Shown here one piece after another: positions 25,609 through 35,275 of a stretch of DNA of 64,000 nt; the first letter of the stretch is position 1; every line of letters starts with the position of its first letter. Position numbers and translations under genes: made by a program. The DNA comes from Thermoanaerobacterales bacterium. GTDB lineage: Bacteria; Bacillota; Thermoanaerobacteria; Thermoanaerobacterales; UBA4877. The notes beneath the pieces are model-generated. The model did no database searches and had not been told where the DNA came from. It saw nothing but the letters and a program-made list of their open reading frames with translations. The stretch covers positions 17,408 to 81,407 of the forward strand of contig DAIPGN010000007.1 in assembly GCA_036771835.1 (NCBI GenBank), given 5' to 3'.

Positions 25609-26940
25609 ATGAGCCTACAAATACTGACTTTTAAAGGCGGCGTTCATCCTAAATACAACAAGGAGCTTACAAGCGGACTGCCGATAGAAGTTATGCCGGC
25701 GCCTGAAGAGGTGGCAATACCGCTTTTGCAGCATACCGGAGCACCCTGCGAGCCTCTGGTCGCGGTCGGCGACGAGGTGAAATTGGGGCAAAAGATCGGC
25801 GAGGCCAAGGGCTTTGTTTCCGTACCCGTACATTCCAGCGTATCGGGAAAGGTCAGAGTCATAGAACCGAGGCTGCATCCATCGGGATCGTTTGTCAATA
25901 CCGTAGTGATAGAAAATGATAAACTGGATACTCCGGATGAAAATATAAAATCGAGGGGAAGTTTAGACGATCTGACTTCCGACGACATCAAAAATATAAT
26001 TAAAGAGGCAGGGATCGTTGGCATGGGTGGCGCAGCATTTCCCACCCATGTAAAATTATCGCCTCCAACGGACAAAAGGGTGGACACTGTCATAATAAAC
26101 GGCGCCGAGTGCGAGCCCTATCTCACATGTGACCATAGGCTGATGGTGGAATATCCCTCAGAGATCGTCTATGGGCTCAAAGCCATACTTAAAGCATTAA
26201 ATGTGGATAGGGGCGTTATCGCCATAGAGGTCAACAAGCCCGATGCCATAGAGGCCGTCGAAAAGGCTGCGGCCGGGGTAAAGGGAGTGGAGGTAGTCAG
26301 ATTGGCGGCCAAATACCCGCAGGGCGGTGAAAAACAGCTCATTAAGACGGTGACGGGCAGAGAAGTACCTTCGGGAGGACTTCCCGCGGATGTCGGGGCA
26401 GTGGTCAACAACGTTGGTACGGCCTATGCCATCGCCCGGGCCATAAAAGAGGGTATGCCGCTGGTGGAGCGCGTAGTCACGATAACGGGCCGGGCCGTGA
26501 AGAATCCTAAAAACCTCTCGGTGAGGATAGGGACCATGCTCAGGGATATTTTGGATTACTGCGGCGGCTTTAACGGTGACCCCGGCAAGCTGATAACGGG
26601 AGGGCCAATGATGGGCGTTACGCAGTATACATTGGAAATACCCGTAATAAAGGGCACTTCCGGCGTACTGGTGCTGCCTGAGGACATGACCAGGCCGGAA
26701 AAGGTCAGGGCATGCACCAAGTGTGCAAAGTGCGTGGAGGTATGTCCCATGAACCTTATGCCGTTATTCATAAGCATGTACGCACTGAACGACGATTTTG
26801 CCGACGCGGACAAATATCATGCCCTCGACTGTATCGAGTGCGGATGCTGTTCCTATATTTGTCCATGCAAGAGGCCGTTGGTCGAATCGATAAGGCAGGC
26901 AAAGAATGAGATATTATCTAATAGAAGAAAACAAGCTTAA
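25609..26940 (+). CDS. rnfC: Rnf electron-transport complex subunit C
   Basis: GMGGAAFPTHVK is present with two 4Fe-4S motifs (CTKCAKCVEVCP, CIECGCCSYICP). It is first in the rnfCDGEAB order. Confidence 0.92.
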   Translation: MSLQILTFKGGVHPKYNKELTSGLPIEVMPAPEEVAIPLLQHTGAPCEPLVAVGDEVKLGQKIGEAKGFVSVPVHSSVSGKVRVIEPRLHPSGSFVNTVVIENDKLDTPDENIKSRGSLDDLTSDDIKNIIKEAGIVGMGGAAFPTHVKLSPPTDKRVDTVIINGAECEPYLTCDHRLMVEYPSEIVYGLKAILKALNVDRGVIAIEVNKPDAIEAVEKAAAGVKGVEVVRLAAKYPQGGEKQLIKTVTGREVPSGGLPADVGAVVNNVGTAYAIARAIKEGMPLVERVVTITGRAVKNPKNLSVRIGTMLRDILDYCGGFNGDPGKLITGGPMMGVTQYTLEIPVIKGTSGVLVLPEDMTRPEKVRACTKCAKCVEVCPMNLMPLFISMYALNDDFADADKYHALDCIECGCCSYICPCKRPLVESIRQAKNEILSNRRKQA

Positions 26941-26951
26941 GGGGGATCAGA

Positions 26952-27950
26952 ATGAATAATCAACTTCTTGTTACATCATCGCCGCATTTCCGTTCCGATT
27001 ATAAAATAGAACGCATAATGCTCGACGTTGTCATCGCATTGCTTCCCGCGCTGATTGCGGGAATGGTAGTCTTTGGCGTAAGCGCATTGACGCTTACCCT
27101 CATATCCGTGATATCCGCGGTCCTTACCGAGTATGTAATAGAAAAACTCCTTCACAGGGAAATAACTATAGATGACTTCAGCGCGGTGGTCACGGGAATG
27201 TTGCTTGCATTTAACCTGCCGCCCACAGTGTCATGGTGGATCCCGGCGGTCGGTTCGTTTTTTGCCATAGCGATAGTAAAGATGTGCTTCGGCGGTTTGG
27301 GCAATAACTTTGTAAATCCTGCCCTTGCGGCAAGAGTATTTCTTTTGGCATCATGGCCGGTGCAAATGACGACGTGGACCATACCCGGAGCCTCAAGCGC
27401 CGGAGCTGCAAATGCCATATCCGCTGCCACGGATGCGATGACTTCGGCCACTCCCCTTGATATACTGAAAGTTGCCGGTACGAGCTCGCAGCTGCCCAGC
27501 CTTTGGTCGATGTTTATCGGCAATATAGGCGGTACCATCGGAGAGACGTCGGCGCTGGCCCTTCTTGTAGGTGCGGCATATCTGCTGTACCGCGGAGTCA
27601 TTAATCTAAGAACGCCGCTGTCATTCATAGCGACCGTGGGTCTGATGACATGGATATTTGGACCGGAAGGCATGTTTACCGGACCTTTCATGTATCATAT
27701 ATTGGGTGGAGGACTTATACTCGGCGCATTTTTCATGGCTACCGATTATCCCACCTCTCCGGTCACTCCGGTGGGACAGATAATTATGGGCATAGGATGC
27801 GGTATACTCACCAGCGTGATAAGACTCTGGGGGGGCTACCCCGAGGGAGTATCCTATTCTATACTGCTCATGAACATGGTAACGCCGCTGATAGACCGGT
27901 ATACGATGCCGAAGGTATTCGGAACAAGGGGGGCGAAGAAAATTGCCTAA
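26952..27950 (+). CDS. rnfD: Rnf complex subunit D
   Basis: It is polytopic, of the NqrB/RnfD family (SSPH..., FNLPP, SATPL, FMATDY). Confidence 0.9.
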   Translation: MNNQLLVTSSPHFRSDYKIERIMLDVVIALLPALIAGMVVFGVSALTLTLISVISAVLTEYVIEKLLHREITIDDFSAVVTGMLLAFNLPPTVSWWIPAVGSFFAIAIVKMCFGGLGNNFVNPALAARVFLLASWPVQMTTWTIPGASSAGAANAISAATDAMTSATPLDILKVAGTSSQLPSLWSMFIGNIGGTIGETSALALLVGAAYLLYRGVINLRTPLSFIATVGLMTWIFGPEGMFTGPFMYHILGGGLILGAFFMATDYPTSPVTPVGQIIMGIGCGILTSVIRLWGGYPEGVSYSILLMNMVTPLIDRYTMPKVFGTRGAKKIA

Positions 27951-28539
27951 GAACGGCGGAATAAAGGAAATAATAGTCACCGGGCTGATACTGCTGTTGA
28001 TTGCCGGCGTTGCCGGCGTGTCATTGGGATTCGTAAATGCCGTGACAAAGGGGCCCATTGAGGAGCAGAATAAGATTGCAGAAAATGATGCCAAACTGGC
28101 GGCCTTTCCGCAAGCAGAGCAGTTTAAGCCGGTAGATCCGGCAGAGTGGCAGCCGCTCCTGGAAGGCGATGAAAAGAATATAGTGGAGTCCGTGGATACG
28201 GCCGAGGATGGCGGCAATGTTCTTGGCTTTGTCATAAAAACGGCGCCACAGGGATACGGCGGTCCGGTGGAGATGATAGTCGGCATCACTAAAGAGGGCA
28301 AGCTTACCGGTATAAATATAGTGGACCATTCGGAGACGCCGGGGCTGGGCGCGAAAGCCGCAGATCCCAAATGGCAGGGGCAGTTTAAGGACAAGCCTGC
28401 CGAATCTCCGCTGAGTCTTGTGAAAAACAAAAAGGCTGGTTCCGGAGAGGTAGAGGCGCTTACCGGCGCTACCGTCACGAGTAATGCCGTTACAAAGGGC
28501 GTAAATGCCGCGATAGATCTTTTCGGTAAATTAAAATAG
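27943..28539 (+). CDS. rnfG: Rnf complex subunit G (FMN-binding)
   Basis: It has an N-terminal anchor and an FMN_bind motif (ETPGLG...LTGATVTSNAV). Confidence 0.88.
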   Translation: MPKNGGIKEIIVTGLILLLIAGVAGVSLGFVNAVTKGPIEEQNKIAENDAKLAAFPQAEQFKPVDPAEWQPLLEGDEKNIVESVDTAEDGGNVLGFVIKTAPQGYGGPVEMIVGITKEGKLTGINIVDHSETPGLGAKAADPKWQGQFKDKPAESPLSLVKNKKAGSGEVEALTGATVTSNAVTKGVNAAIDLFGKLK

Positions 28540-28551
28540 CAAGGGGGCTGC

Positions 28552-29214
28552 ATGATGGGATATTGGAATGATTTTACCAGGGGCATATGGAGAGAAAACC
28601 CCACTTTTAAAATGGTGATCGGTATCTGTGCTACCTTGGCCGTTAGCAATTCCGTAGTCAACGGTATTGCCATGGGATTTGCCACAACGTTTGTTTTGGT
28701 GGGTTCATGCGTTATAATATCGGCGCTCAGGAATTTTACTCCGGAGAAAATACGCATGCCGATATTTGTCGTTTGCATAGCAACCTTTACCACAATAGTT
28801 TCGATGATTATGAATGCGTATCTGCTGGATTTATATAATGTAATGAAGCTGTATATCTCGTTGATCGTCGTGAACTGCATAATCATGGCAAGAGCCGAAG
28901 CCTTTGCTTCAAAAAATCCGGTGCCGAACACTTTCTTTGACGCCTTAGGCATGGGCGTGGGCTACACCATGGCTCTGACAATAATAAGCTCGGTGAGAGA
29001 GATAATCGGCAACGGTACGTTCCTGGGCATGCAGGTCATGCCTTCAACTTACCAGCCTGTTCTTCTGATGGTGCTGCCGCCCGGGGCATTTTTGACCTTG
29101 GGTCTGTTGGCCGGTCTTGCAAGATTTATTGACACGAAAGCCGAGGAGAGGAAGAAGGCTTCAAAGGAAGGGGTGGTCGAAGATGCTGGGACATCTTCTG
29201 ATATTACTGGTTAG
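28552..29214 (+). CDS. rnfE: Rnf complex subunit E
   Basis: It has the NqrD/RnfE-type polytopic pattern (NPTFKMVIGICATLAV..., IVVNCII). Confidence 0.88.
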   Translation: MMGYWNDFTRGIWRENPTFKMVIGICATLAVSNSVVNGIAMGFATTFVLVGSCVIISALRNFTPEKIRMPIFVVCIATFTTIVSMIMNAYLLDLYNVMKLYISLIVVNCIIMARAEAFASKNPVPNTFFDALGMGVGYTMALTIISSVREIIGNGTFLGMQVMPSTYQPVLLMVLPPGAFLTLGLLAGLARFIDTKAEERKKASKEGVVEDAGTSSDITG

Positions 29215-29761
29215 CTCGATTTTTGTAGATAATTATCTGCTCTCAAGATTTTTAGGAGAGTGCCCCTTCCTGGGCGTTTCCAAACAGGTCGAGACAGCCA
29301 TGGGAATGAGCGTGGCCGTAATCTTTGTAATGACGATGACGGGCGTGATATCATACGTTACCCAGGTTTATATTCTTAAGCCGCTGGGGCTGGAATATCT
29401 GCAGATCATTGCATTTATAGTCATTATTGCCACATTGGTCCAGTTTACCGAAATGGTCATAAAGAAATCCAGTCCCACACTCTATCAGGCATTGGGCATT
29501 TATCTGCCGCTTATTACGACCAATTGCGCGGTGCTGGGCGTGGCTCTGCTGAACGTCCAGATGGGATATAATCTGATCGATTCCATAGTATATAGTTTCG
29601 GCTCGGCCGTGGGTTTTTCATTCGCCCTTGTCTCTTATGCGGGTATAAGGGAAAGGCTGGCATTTGCTCCCATTCCCAAGGCATTGGAGGGATTTCCTTC
29701 TGCACTGATAGGCGCGGGGCTTCTTTCTCTTGCATTTTTGGGATTCCGGGGACTTGTATAA
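29183..29761 (+). CDS. rnfA: Rnf complex subunit A
   Basis: MLGHLLILLVSSIFVDNYLLSRFLGECPFLGVS and LITTNCAVLGVAL are present. The track start (29117) lies inside rnfE and is rejected in favour of ATG 29183. Confidence 0.88.
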   Translation: MLGHLLILLVSSIFVDNYLLSRFLGECPFLGVSKQVETAMGMSVAVIFVMTMTGVISYVTQVYILKPLGLEYLQIIAFIVIIATLVQFTEMVIKKSSPTLYQALGIYLPLITTNCAVLGVALLNVQMGYNLIDSIVYSFGSAVGFSFALVSYAGIRERLAFAPIPKALEGFPSALIGAGLLSLAFLGFRGLV

Positions 29762-29773
29762 GGGGGTTTTAAA

Positions 29774-30598
29774 TTGTTGAGGGATATATTATATCCGCTC
29801 GCGATCTTGGGCGGAATGGGTTTTTTGTTCGGGGCTATCTTGGCCTATGCGTCTCAGAAGTTCCATGTGGAGGTAAATCCTAAACAGCAGGAGGTAAGGG
29901 ACGTGCTGCCCGGGGCCAACTGCGGCGGATGCGGTTTTGCTTCCTGCGACGCCTATGCCCAGGCGGCAGCCGAGGGCAAGGCCGGCACGAACAGGTGCGT
30001 CGTGGGCGGCCGGGCCGTTGCGGAAAAAGTCGCCGCCATCATGGGCACCGAGGTGGTAGAGGTCACAAAAAAGACGGCTCGGGTAATATGCAAAGGTACG
30101 AATGATAATGCCGTAAAAAAATACAAATATCACGGCATCGAAGACTGCAGGGCGGCCAATGCTCTGGCTGGAGGCGACAAGGACTGCCAATACGGATGCC
30201 TCGGCTTGGGAACATGCGAAAAGGTGTGCCCCTTCGACGCGATACATGTGACTTCCGAGGGCATCGCCCAGTGTGACGAAGAGAAATGTACCGGCTGCGG
30301 CGCCTGCGTGGACGCATGTCCCAAGGACGTAATCAAGCTGATCGACATAAATAAGAGGGTCAGCGTATTCTGCAATAATCACGACAAGGGTAAAAGGGTA
30401 AGGCAGATATGCGGGGTCGGGTGCATAGCGTGCGGCATATGCGTTAGGCAGTGTCCGGAAAATGTGATAGCTATTGATAACGACCTGGCCGTTATCAATT
30501 ATGACGGCTGTACCAATTGTGGGGCATGTATACCCAAGTGTCCACAGAGGACAATATCAAATTTGGATGAGATAATTTCTGAGGTTGCTGTTTTTTAA
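29774..30598 (+). CDS. rnfB: Rnf complex subunit B (polyferredoxin)
   Basis: It has an N-terminal anchor, CGGCGFASC, and several CxxCxxCxxxCP ferredoxin motifs. Confidence 0.9.
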   Translation: MLRDILYPLAILGGMGFLFGAILAYASQKFHVEVNPKQQEVRDVLPGANCGGCGFASCDAYAQAAAEGKAGTNRCVVGGRAVAEKVAAIMGTEVVEVTKKTARVICKGTNDNAVKKYKYHGIEDCRAANALAGGDKDCQYGCLGLGTCEKVCPFDAIHVTSEGIAQCDEEKCTGCGACVDACPKDVIKLIDINKRVSVFCNNHDKGKRVRQICGVGCIACGICVRQCPENVIAIDNDLAVINYDGCTNCGACIPKCPQRTISNLDEIISEVAVF

Positions 30599-30608
30599 TA
30601 TTATAATG

Positions 30609-30631
30609 GCGGGGCGATCCCCGCTTTTTTT
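30609..30631 (+). terminator. Rho-independent terminator after rnfB
   Basis: The stem-loop gcgggg-cgat-ccccgc is followed by a T7 run. Confidence 0.85.
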
Positions 30632-30715
30632 GTTATAACGGTGAAATACATTGTTAAAAAAACTTTATTATATGATATAATAAAACAGTATCTATTTGTA
30701 AAAGGATGTCGTAAA

Positions 30716-31246
30716 ATGAAACGCGGTACCTTTAAACTGATATATTTATCCATGCTCATATGCATAGGGCTGGTGCTCCATGTGATCGAAAACATGATAC
30801 CCATCCCGTTTCTGGCGCCGGGCGCCAAACTCGGCCTGGCCAACATCGCGTCGCTGTTGACGCTGTATGTCTTTGGACTTCCCGATGCACTGCTCGTGTC
30901 AGTATTGAGACCGATCCTAGGTACTCTTCTGGGAGGCTCGGTATCAAGTCTGCTGTTCAGTCTGAGCGGGTCCATTGCCAGCACCCTTGTCATGTGGATC
31001 GCCATGAAATATTTCGAAAGGTATTTCAGCATGGTCGGTATCAGCATTTTGGGCGCGCTTGCGCACAATGCCGCGCAGACGACCGTCTCGGCATTGATCA
31101 TAAACAATGTCAATATGTATATCTATCTACCCGTATTGAGTCTGTTGAGCCTGGGGACCGGCATCTTTGTGGGCCTGGCCGCCAACGCGGCCAAGGACGT
31201 ATTAAAGTCGTCGGCGGAAGCTTCGATCAAAAATTTGAGGGGATGA
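30716..31246 (+). CDS. Gx-transporter / heptaprenyl-diphosphate-synthase-component-I-like membrane protein
   Basis: LSMLICIGLVLHVIENMIPIPFLAPGAKLGLANI is typical of the Hpre_diP_synt_I family. ATG 30716 is chosen because the track start 30641 lies just after the terminator. Confidence 0.65.
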   Translation: MKRGTFKLIYLSMLICIGLVLHVIENMIPIPFLAPGAKLGLANIASLLTLYVFGLPDALLVSVLRPILGTLLGGSVSSLLFSLSGSIASTLVMWIAMKYFERYFSMVGISILGALAHNAAQTTVSALIINNVNMYIYLPVLSLLSLGTGIFVGLAANAAKDVLKSSAEASIKNLRG

Positions 31247-31253
31247 CGTTAAG

Positions 31254-31508
31254 TTGAGGAAGAATAAAAGCCTATGGTATCTTGCAGCTTTGATACTGAT
31301 CTTTGCTGTGATAGGAAGTTTCCTCGGCGAATTTTTGTCAGGATGGGTACCTTTACTGGGAAGTTCTAAATCCATTGGATTTAAAATACCCATTAATTTG
31401 GCATTGAATGTGCTGAGCCTTGACTTTTTGCTTTCCGTAAACTTAAGGATCAATCTCATTTCGATTGCAGGCATGTTGTTTGGGGTATACATTTACTACA
31501 AAAGATAA
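31254..31508 (+). CDS. Small membrane protein (DUF4321-like)
   Basis: It is 84 aa with two hydrophobic segments. Its position upstream of maf-radC-mreB is typical for this family in Firmicutes. The call is from memory. Confidence 0.5.
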   Translation: MRKNKSLWYLAALILIFAVIGSFLGEFLSGWVPLLGSSKSIGFKIPINLALNVLSLDFLLSVNLRINLISIAGMLFGVYIYYKR

Positions 31509-31576
31509 TCAAAATGTCAGAAGTATATTTTCGATAGAGAAACTTGCCCTGATAACTATAGAATAAAGGTGATAAT

Positions 31577-32164
31577 ATGGCGGATTTCGTGCTTGCATCT
31601 TCCTCTCCGCGCAGGAGAGAACTTCTGATGCAGTTGGGCCTGGACTTTGAAGTAATGCCAAGCAATATAGAAGAAGTACTTAAAGGGGACACGCCGGGCG
31701 AGATGGTTAAAAACCTGTCGCTGGAGAAAACACTGTCCGTTTCGTCCCGCATTTCCGGGAACAAAATCGTCATAGGCGCCGACACCATAGTCTATATGGA
31801 CGGGACAATAATGGGCAAACCGCGGAACGAGGACGATGCGTTCTCAATGCTCAGGAGATTGAGCGGCGGGACGCACGAGGTCTATACCGGCCTGGCCTTG
31901 GTCAATACCTCGACCAAAGAAATTTTATCTGATTTCGAGTGTACCCAGGTCCTTATGAAAGAACTTACGGATGAAGAAATAAGAAATTATATAAATACAG
32001 GCGAACCGAGGGACAAAGCGGGAGCTTATGCCATTCAAGGTAAAGGTTCCCTTATTGTTAAGAGCATTAAAGGATGTTATTATAATGTAGTGGGTCTTCC
32101 GTTGGGCAAACTTAGAGATATGCTTCTGGATTGGGGCGTGGACCTCTTAAGGATGGGAGTGTAA
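31577..32164 (+). CDS. maf: Maf-like nucleoside-triphosphate pyrophosphatase
   Basis: LASSSPRRRELL, GADTIV and AGAYAIQG are present. Confidence 0.9.
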   Translation: MADFVLASSSPRRRELLMQLGLDFEVMPSNIEEVLKGDTPGEMVKNLSLEKTLSVSSRISGNKIVIGADTIVYMDGTIMGKPRNEDDAFSMLRRLSGGTHEVYTGLALVNTSTKEILSDFECTQVLMKELTDEEIRNYINTGEPRDKAGAYAIQGKGSLIVKSIKGCYYNVVGLPLGKLRDMLLDWGVDLLRMGV

Positions 32165-32167
32165 TAC

Positions 32168-32857
32168 TTGACTGAGTATAACCTTAAGATAAAAGACCTG
32201 CCGGAAGAAGAAAGACCGAGAGAGAGAATGATAAATTATGGGCCGGAAGCGTTATCAAATACGGAGCTTTTGGCAATAATTATAAGGACAGGTATAAAGG
32301 GTGAGAATGCTCTCACGGTAGCCCAAAACCTAATTTCACAAGAGGGACTTCAAGTACTGATAGACAGCAGTATAGAAGAGCTCTCCGCATTCAGGGGCAT
32401 AGGAAAGAGCAAAGCTGTGCTCATAAAGGCCGCGCTGGAGCTCGGAAAGAGATTATACAGCATGCCTCAGAGTAAGAAGTTCACGATCAAATCACCTGAC
32501 GATGTATCAGCGGTATTGATGGGCGAAATGCGCTATTTGAAAAAGGAATATTTTAAAGCAATACTTCTTGACATTAAAAATAACATAATTGCCGTGGAGA
32601 ATATCTCCATAGGTAGTCTGAATTCGTCTTTGGTACATCCTAGGGAGATATTTATAGCGGCCATAAAGAAATCAAGCGCCGCCGTGATATTGGTACATAA
32701 TCATCCCAGCGGAGATCCGACGCCGAGCAGAGAAGATATTGAAGTCACGGGAAGGATATCGGAGTGCGGCAGTATACTTGGGATAGAGGTATTGGATCAT
32801 GTGATCATAGGCGACGGCAGATATTTTAGCTTTAAAGATAAGGGACTAATGAAATAG
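32168..32857 (+). CDS. radC: RadC-family JAMM-motif protein
   Basis: The N-terminal HhH part reads LSNTELLAIIIRTG. The C-terminal motif reads LVHNHPSGDPTPSREDIEVT. Confidence 0.9.
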   Translation: MTEYNLKIKDLPEEERPRERMINYGPEALSNTELLAIIIRTGIKGENALTVAQNLISQEGLQVLIDSSIEELSAFRGIGKSKAVLIKAALELGKRLYSMPQSKKFTIKSPDDVSAVLMGEMRYLKKEYFKAILLDIKNNIIAVENISIGSLNSSLVHPREIFIAAIKKSSAAVILVHNHPSGDPTPSREDIEVTGRISECGSILGIEVLDHVIIGDGRYFSFKDKGLMK

Positions 32858-32872
32858 AGAGGTGTCATATCA

Positions 32873-33883
32873 ATGAGTATATCCAGAGACATAGGAATTG
32901 ACCTTGGTACAGCCAATACCTTGGTATTTATAAAGGGCAAGGGGATCATCGTAAGAGAACCATCGGTCGTGGCGATAGAAAGGGTCAGCAATAAGGTCCT
33001 GGCCGTTGGAGCGGAGGCCAAGAGAATGGTGGGCCGTACTCCAGGCAACATCGTTGCCACAAGGCCTATGAGAGATGGGGTAATAGCCGATTTCGACATA
33101 ACCGAGTCCATGCTGAAGTACTTTATAGGCAAGGCCAATGCCAAATCGGGCCTGAGAAAACCAAGGGTGATAGTAGGCGTGCCCTCGGGCGTTACCGAGG
33201 TTGAGGAGAGAGCCGTTGAAGAGGCCACCATGCAGGCGGGCGCCAGGGAAGTTCATCTGGTGGAAGAGCCTATGGCTGCGGCAATAGGCGTGGGCCTCCC
33301 GGTAGAAGAGCCGACCGGCAGCATGATAGTCGATATCGGAGGCGGTACGACCGATGTGGCCATAATCTCATTGGGAGGTATCGTTACCAGCAGAAACCTG
33401 AGGATAGCCGGCGACGAGCTGGATGAATCGATCATTAATTATATCAAAAGGGAATATAACCTGATGATAGGCGAGAGGACGTCGGAGGAAATAAAGATAA
33501 CCATCGGCTCCGCTTATCCCAAGGCCAAGGAGGAAACGATGGAGATAAGGGGAAGGGATCTGATGACGGGACTTCCCAAGACATTGAAGATATCTTCCAC
33601 GGAGATAATGGAAGCGATGAAAGAATGTATTGCCTCCATAATAGATGCAATAAAATCCACATTGGAGAAGACCCCTCCCGAACTTGCCGCCGATATAATG
33701 GACAAGGGAATAATGCTTGCCGGCGGAGGGGCTCTTTTGGACGGGATGGACAAACTTGTAAAGCAGGAAACGGGTATGCCTGTGGAGATCGCCGAATCAC
33801 CTCTGGATTGTGTCGCTTTGGGTACGGGAAAAATACTTGAAGAGGTAAATCTCTATAATAGGATATCTAGAGTAACCAGATAG
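32873..33883 (+). CDS. mreB: Rod-shape-determining actin homologue MreB
   Basis: [24 protein letters not shown] and [10 protein letters not shown] are present. Confidence 0.95.
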   Translation: MSISRDIGIDLGTANTLVFIKGKGIIVREPSVVAIERVSNKVLAVGAEAKRMVGRTPGNIVATRPMRDGVIADFDITESMLKYFIGKANAKSGLRKPRVIVGVPSGVTEVEERAVEEATMQAGAREVHLVEEPMAAAIGVGLPVEEPTGSMIVDIGGGTTDVAIISLGGIVTSRNLRIAGDELDESIINYIKREYNLMIGERTSEEIKITIGSAYPKAKEETMEIRGRDLMTGLPKTLKISSTEIMEAMKECIASIIDAIKSTLEKTPPELAADIMDKGIMLAGGGALLDGMDKLVKQETGMPVEIAESPLDCVALGTGKILEEVNLYNRISRVTR

Positions 33884-33894
33884 GGGGGAGAATT

Positions 33895-34758
33895 TTGCCC
33901 TGGTGGGGGAAATACAGGGATTATATAATTGTCGGTGCGGTGGTTTTGATTATATTAATATTGATGGGCGTAAATTTCCAAGGCGTGCAGGCAATGCCGG
34001 GAATGGAGTTTGTCTCCGGGACATTGATAAAACCTGTGAGCAATTCCCTTTATCGAGTCGGCAGTAAAGTTTCTGATTTTTTCTATTTTTTGAGGAACGT
34101 AGGCAGCGTAAGGAGCGAAAACGAGAGATTGACGGCGGTCGAGGAGGATTATGACAGTCTGAAGCTTGAGACGGAGAAGCTGAAACAGGAAAACGCAAGG
34201 CTTAAAGGCCTCCTCGATTACAAAGAGGCCAGTGCCGATTACGATATGATAGGTGCGAGGGTCATCGGAAAATCCAGTGGAGGATGGTTTGATATCTTTG
34301 CGATCGATGTGGGCAAGGACAGCGGCATAGAGGAGGGCATGGCCGTCGTTACTGAAAAGGGGCTCATAGGAACGGTGATCGAGGTCCACGATCAATGGGC
34401 GAAGGTGCTGTCGATCATCGACGAAAACAGCTCCGTGAGCATTCGTATAAACAGGACGGGAGATAACGGGATGCTGCACGGCGATATAGACATGAAGGCA
34501 AAGGGCCTGGCCAGTGCTATATACCTGCCCATGACTTCCAATATCAAACAGGGCGATGATGCGATAACATCGGGCCTGGGGGGAGTTTTTCCCGAAGGCA
34601 TCTACATAGGGAAGGTCTTAAATGTGGAGAACAGTCACGGCGACCTCTATAAGACGGCAATTATCAAGCCTAATGCTGATTTTCAAAGACTTGAGAACGT
34701 CTTAGTGATAAAGACGACTCATCCCAAAATAGATCTTGGAGAGGTAGGCGGCCAATGA
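33895..34758 (+). CDS. mreC: Rod-shape protein MreC
   Basis: It has a TM anchor, a coiled coil (ENERL...LKQENARLKGLL), and a beta-domain (GMAVVTEKGLIGTV, ITSGLGGVFPEGI). Confidence 0.9.
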   Translation: MPWWGKYRDYIIVGAVVLIILILMGVNFQGVQAMPGMEFVSGTLIKPVSNSLYRVGSKVSDFFYFLRNVGSVRSENERLTAVEEDYDSLKLETEKLKQENARLKGLLDYKEASADYDMIGARVIGKSSGGWFDIFAIDVGKDSGIEEGMAVVTEKGLIGTVIEVHDQWAKVLSIIDENSSVSIRINRTGDNGMLHGDIDMKAKGLASAIYLPMTSNIKQGDDAITSGLGGVFPEGIYIGKVLNVENSHGDLYKTAIIKPNADFQRLENVLVIKTTHPKIDLGEVGGQ

Positions 34759-35264
34759 GGAGATATTTGATAATACTGCTCATTTTGATACTGCTTTTTA
34801 TAGTGCAGACCGCCATATTGCCATTTCTCACAATATATAATATCTCTCCTGATATTCTGCTCATTTTCATAACGGCGTATTCAATACTGAACGGTCAATG
34901 GGAAGGTATGATATGCGGCATCGTTGCAGGCGCGTTGATGGACGTGTTTTACAGCCCTGTCTACGGCATTTACAGCATAGTTTATACTACCATTGGTTTT
35001 CTTGTGGGCAGATTCAGCAAAAACATCTTTAAAGAGAATTCCTTTGCGGCGCTGCTGTTTACGATAATGGGCAGCGTATATAAGGGCATTTTGATAGTGA
35101 TCTTCAAAGCCGTGCTGTCCTATAAGACGGACATATGGATGTCATTTTTAGCTCTGTCACTTCCAGAAGCTCTTTTAAACGGGATCATTATTTTCCTGAC
35201 GTATGATTATTTAATAAGACTAAATGATCATACGCTGCTCAAAAAGAATAAAACGATATTTTAA
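34755..35264 (+). CDS. mreD: Rod-shape protein MreD
   Basis: It is a polytopic 169-aa protein that overlaps the mreC stop, at the canonical position. Confidence 0.8.
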   Translation: MRRYLIILLILILLFIVQTAILPFLTIYNISPDILLIFITAYSILNGQWEGMICGIVAGALMDVFYSPVYGIYSIVYTTIGFLVGRFSKNIFKENSFAALLFTIMGSVYKGILIVIFKAVLSYKTDIWMSFLALSLPEALLNGIIIFLTYDYLIRLNDHTLLKKNKTIF

Positions 35265-35275
35265 GGAATGATTTT

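Noticed and set aside
27621-28952. 443-aa ORF on the minus strand spanning rnfD, rnfG and rnfE
   Set aside because: It is entirely antisense to three genes with strong family signatures. The translation is low-complexity (S/P/A/T-rich) with no motifs and no SD. This is the typical shadow ORF of GC-richer coding DNA.
29117-29182. Upstream extensions of ORF-track starts: rnfA 29117, mgsA 40361, leuS 52121, Gx transporter 30641, NlpC/P60 21847, typA 22664
   Set aside because: The extensions lie inside the preceding gene, a terminator or a riboswitch. Conserved N-termini and SD sequences support the internal starts given in the feature list.
30760-31257. 165-aa alternative-frame ORF overlapping the Gx-transporter-like gene on the same strand
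   Set aside because: The overlapping frame gives an Arg/Gly/His-rich non-membrane sequence. The annotated frame gives a coherent polytopic membrane protein.
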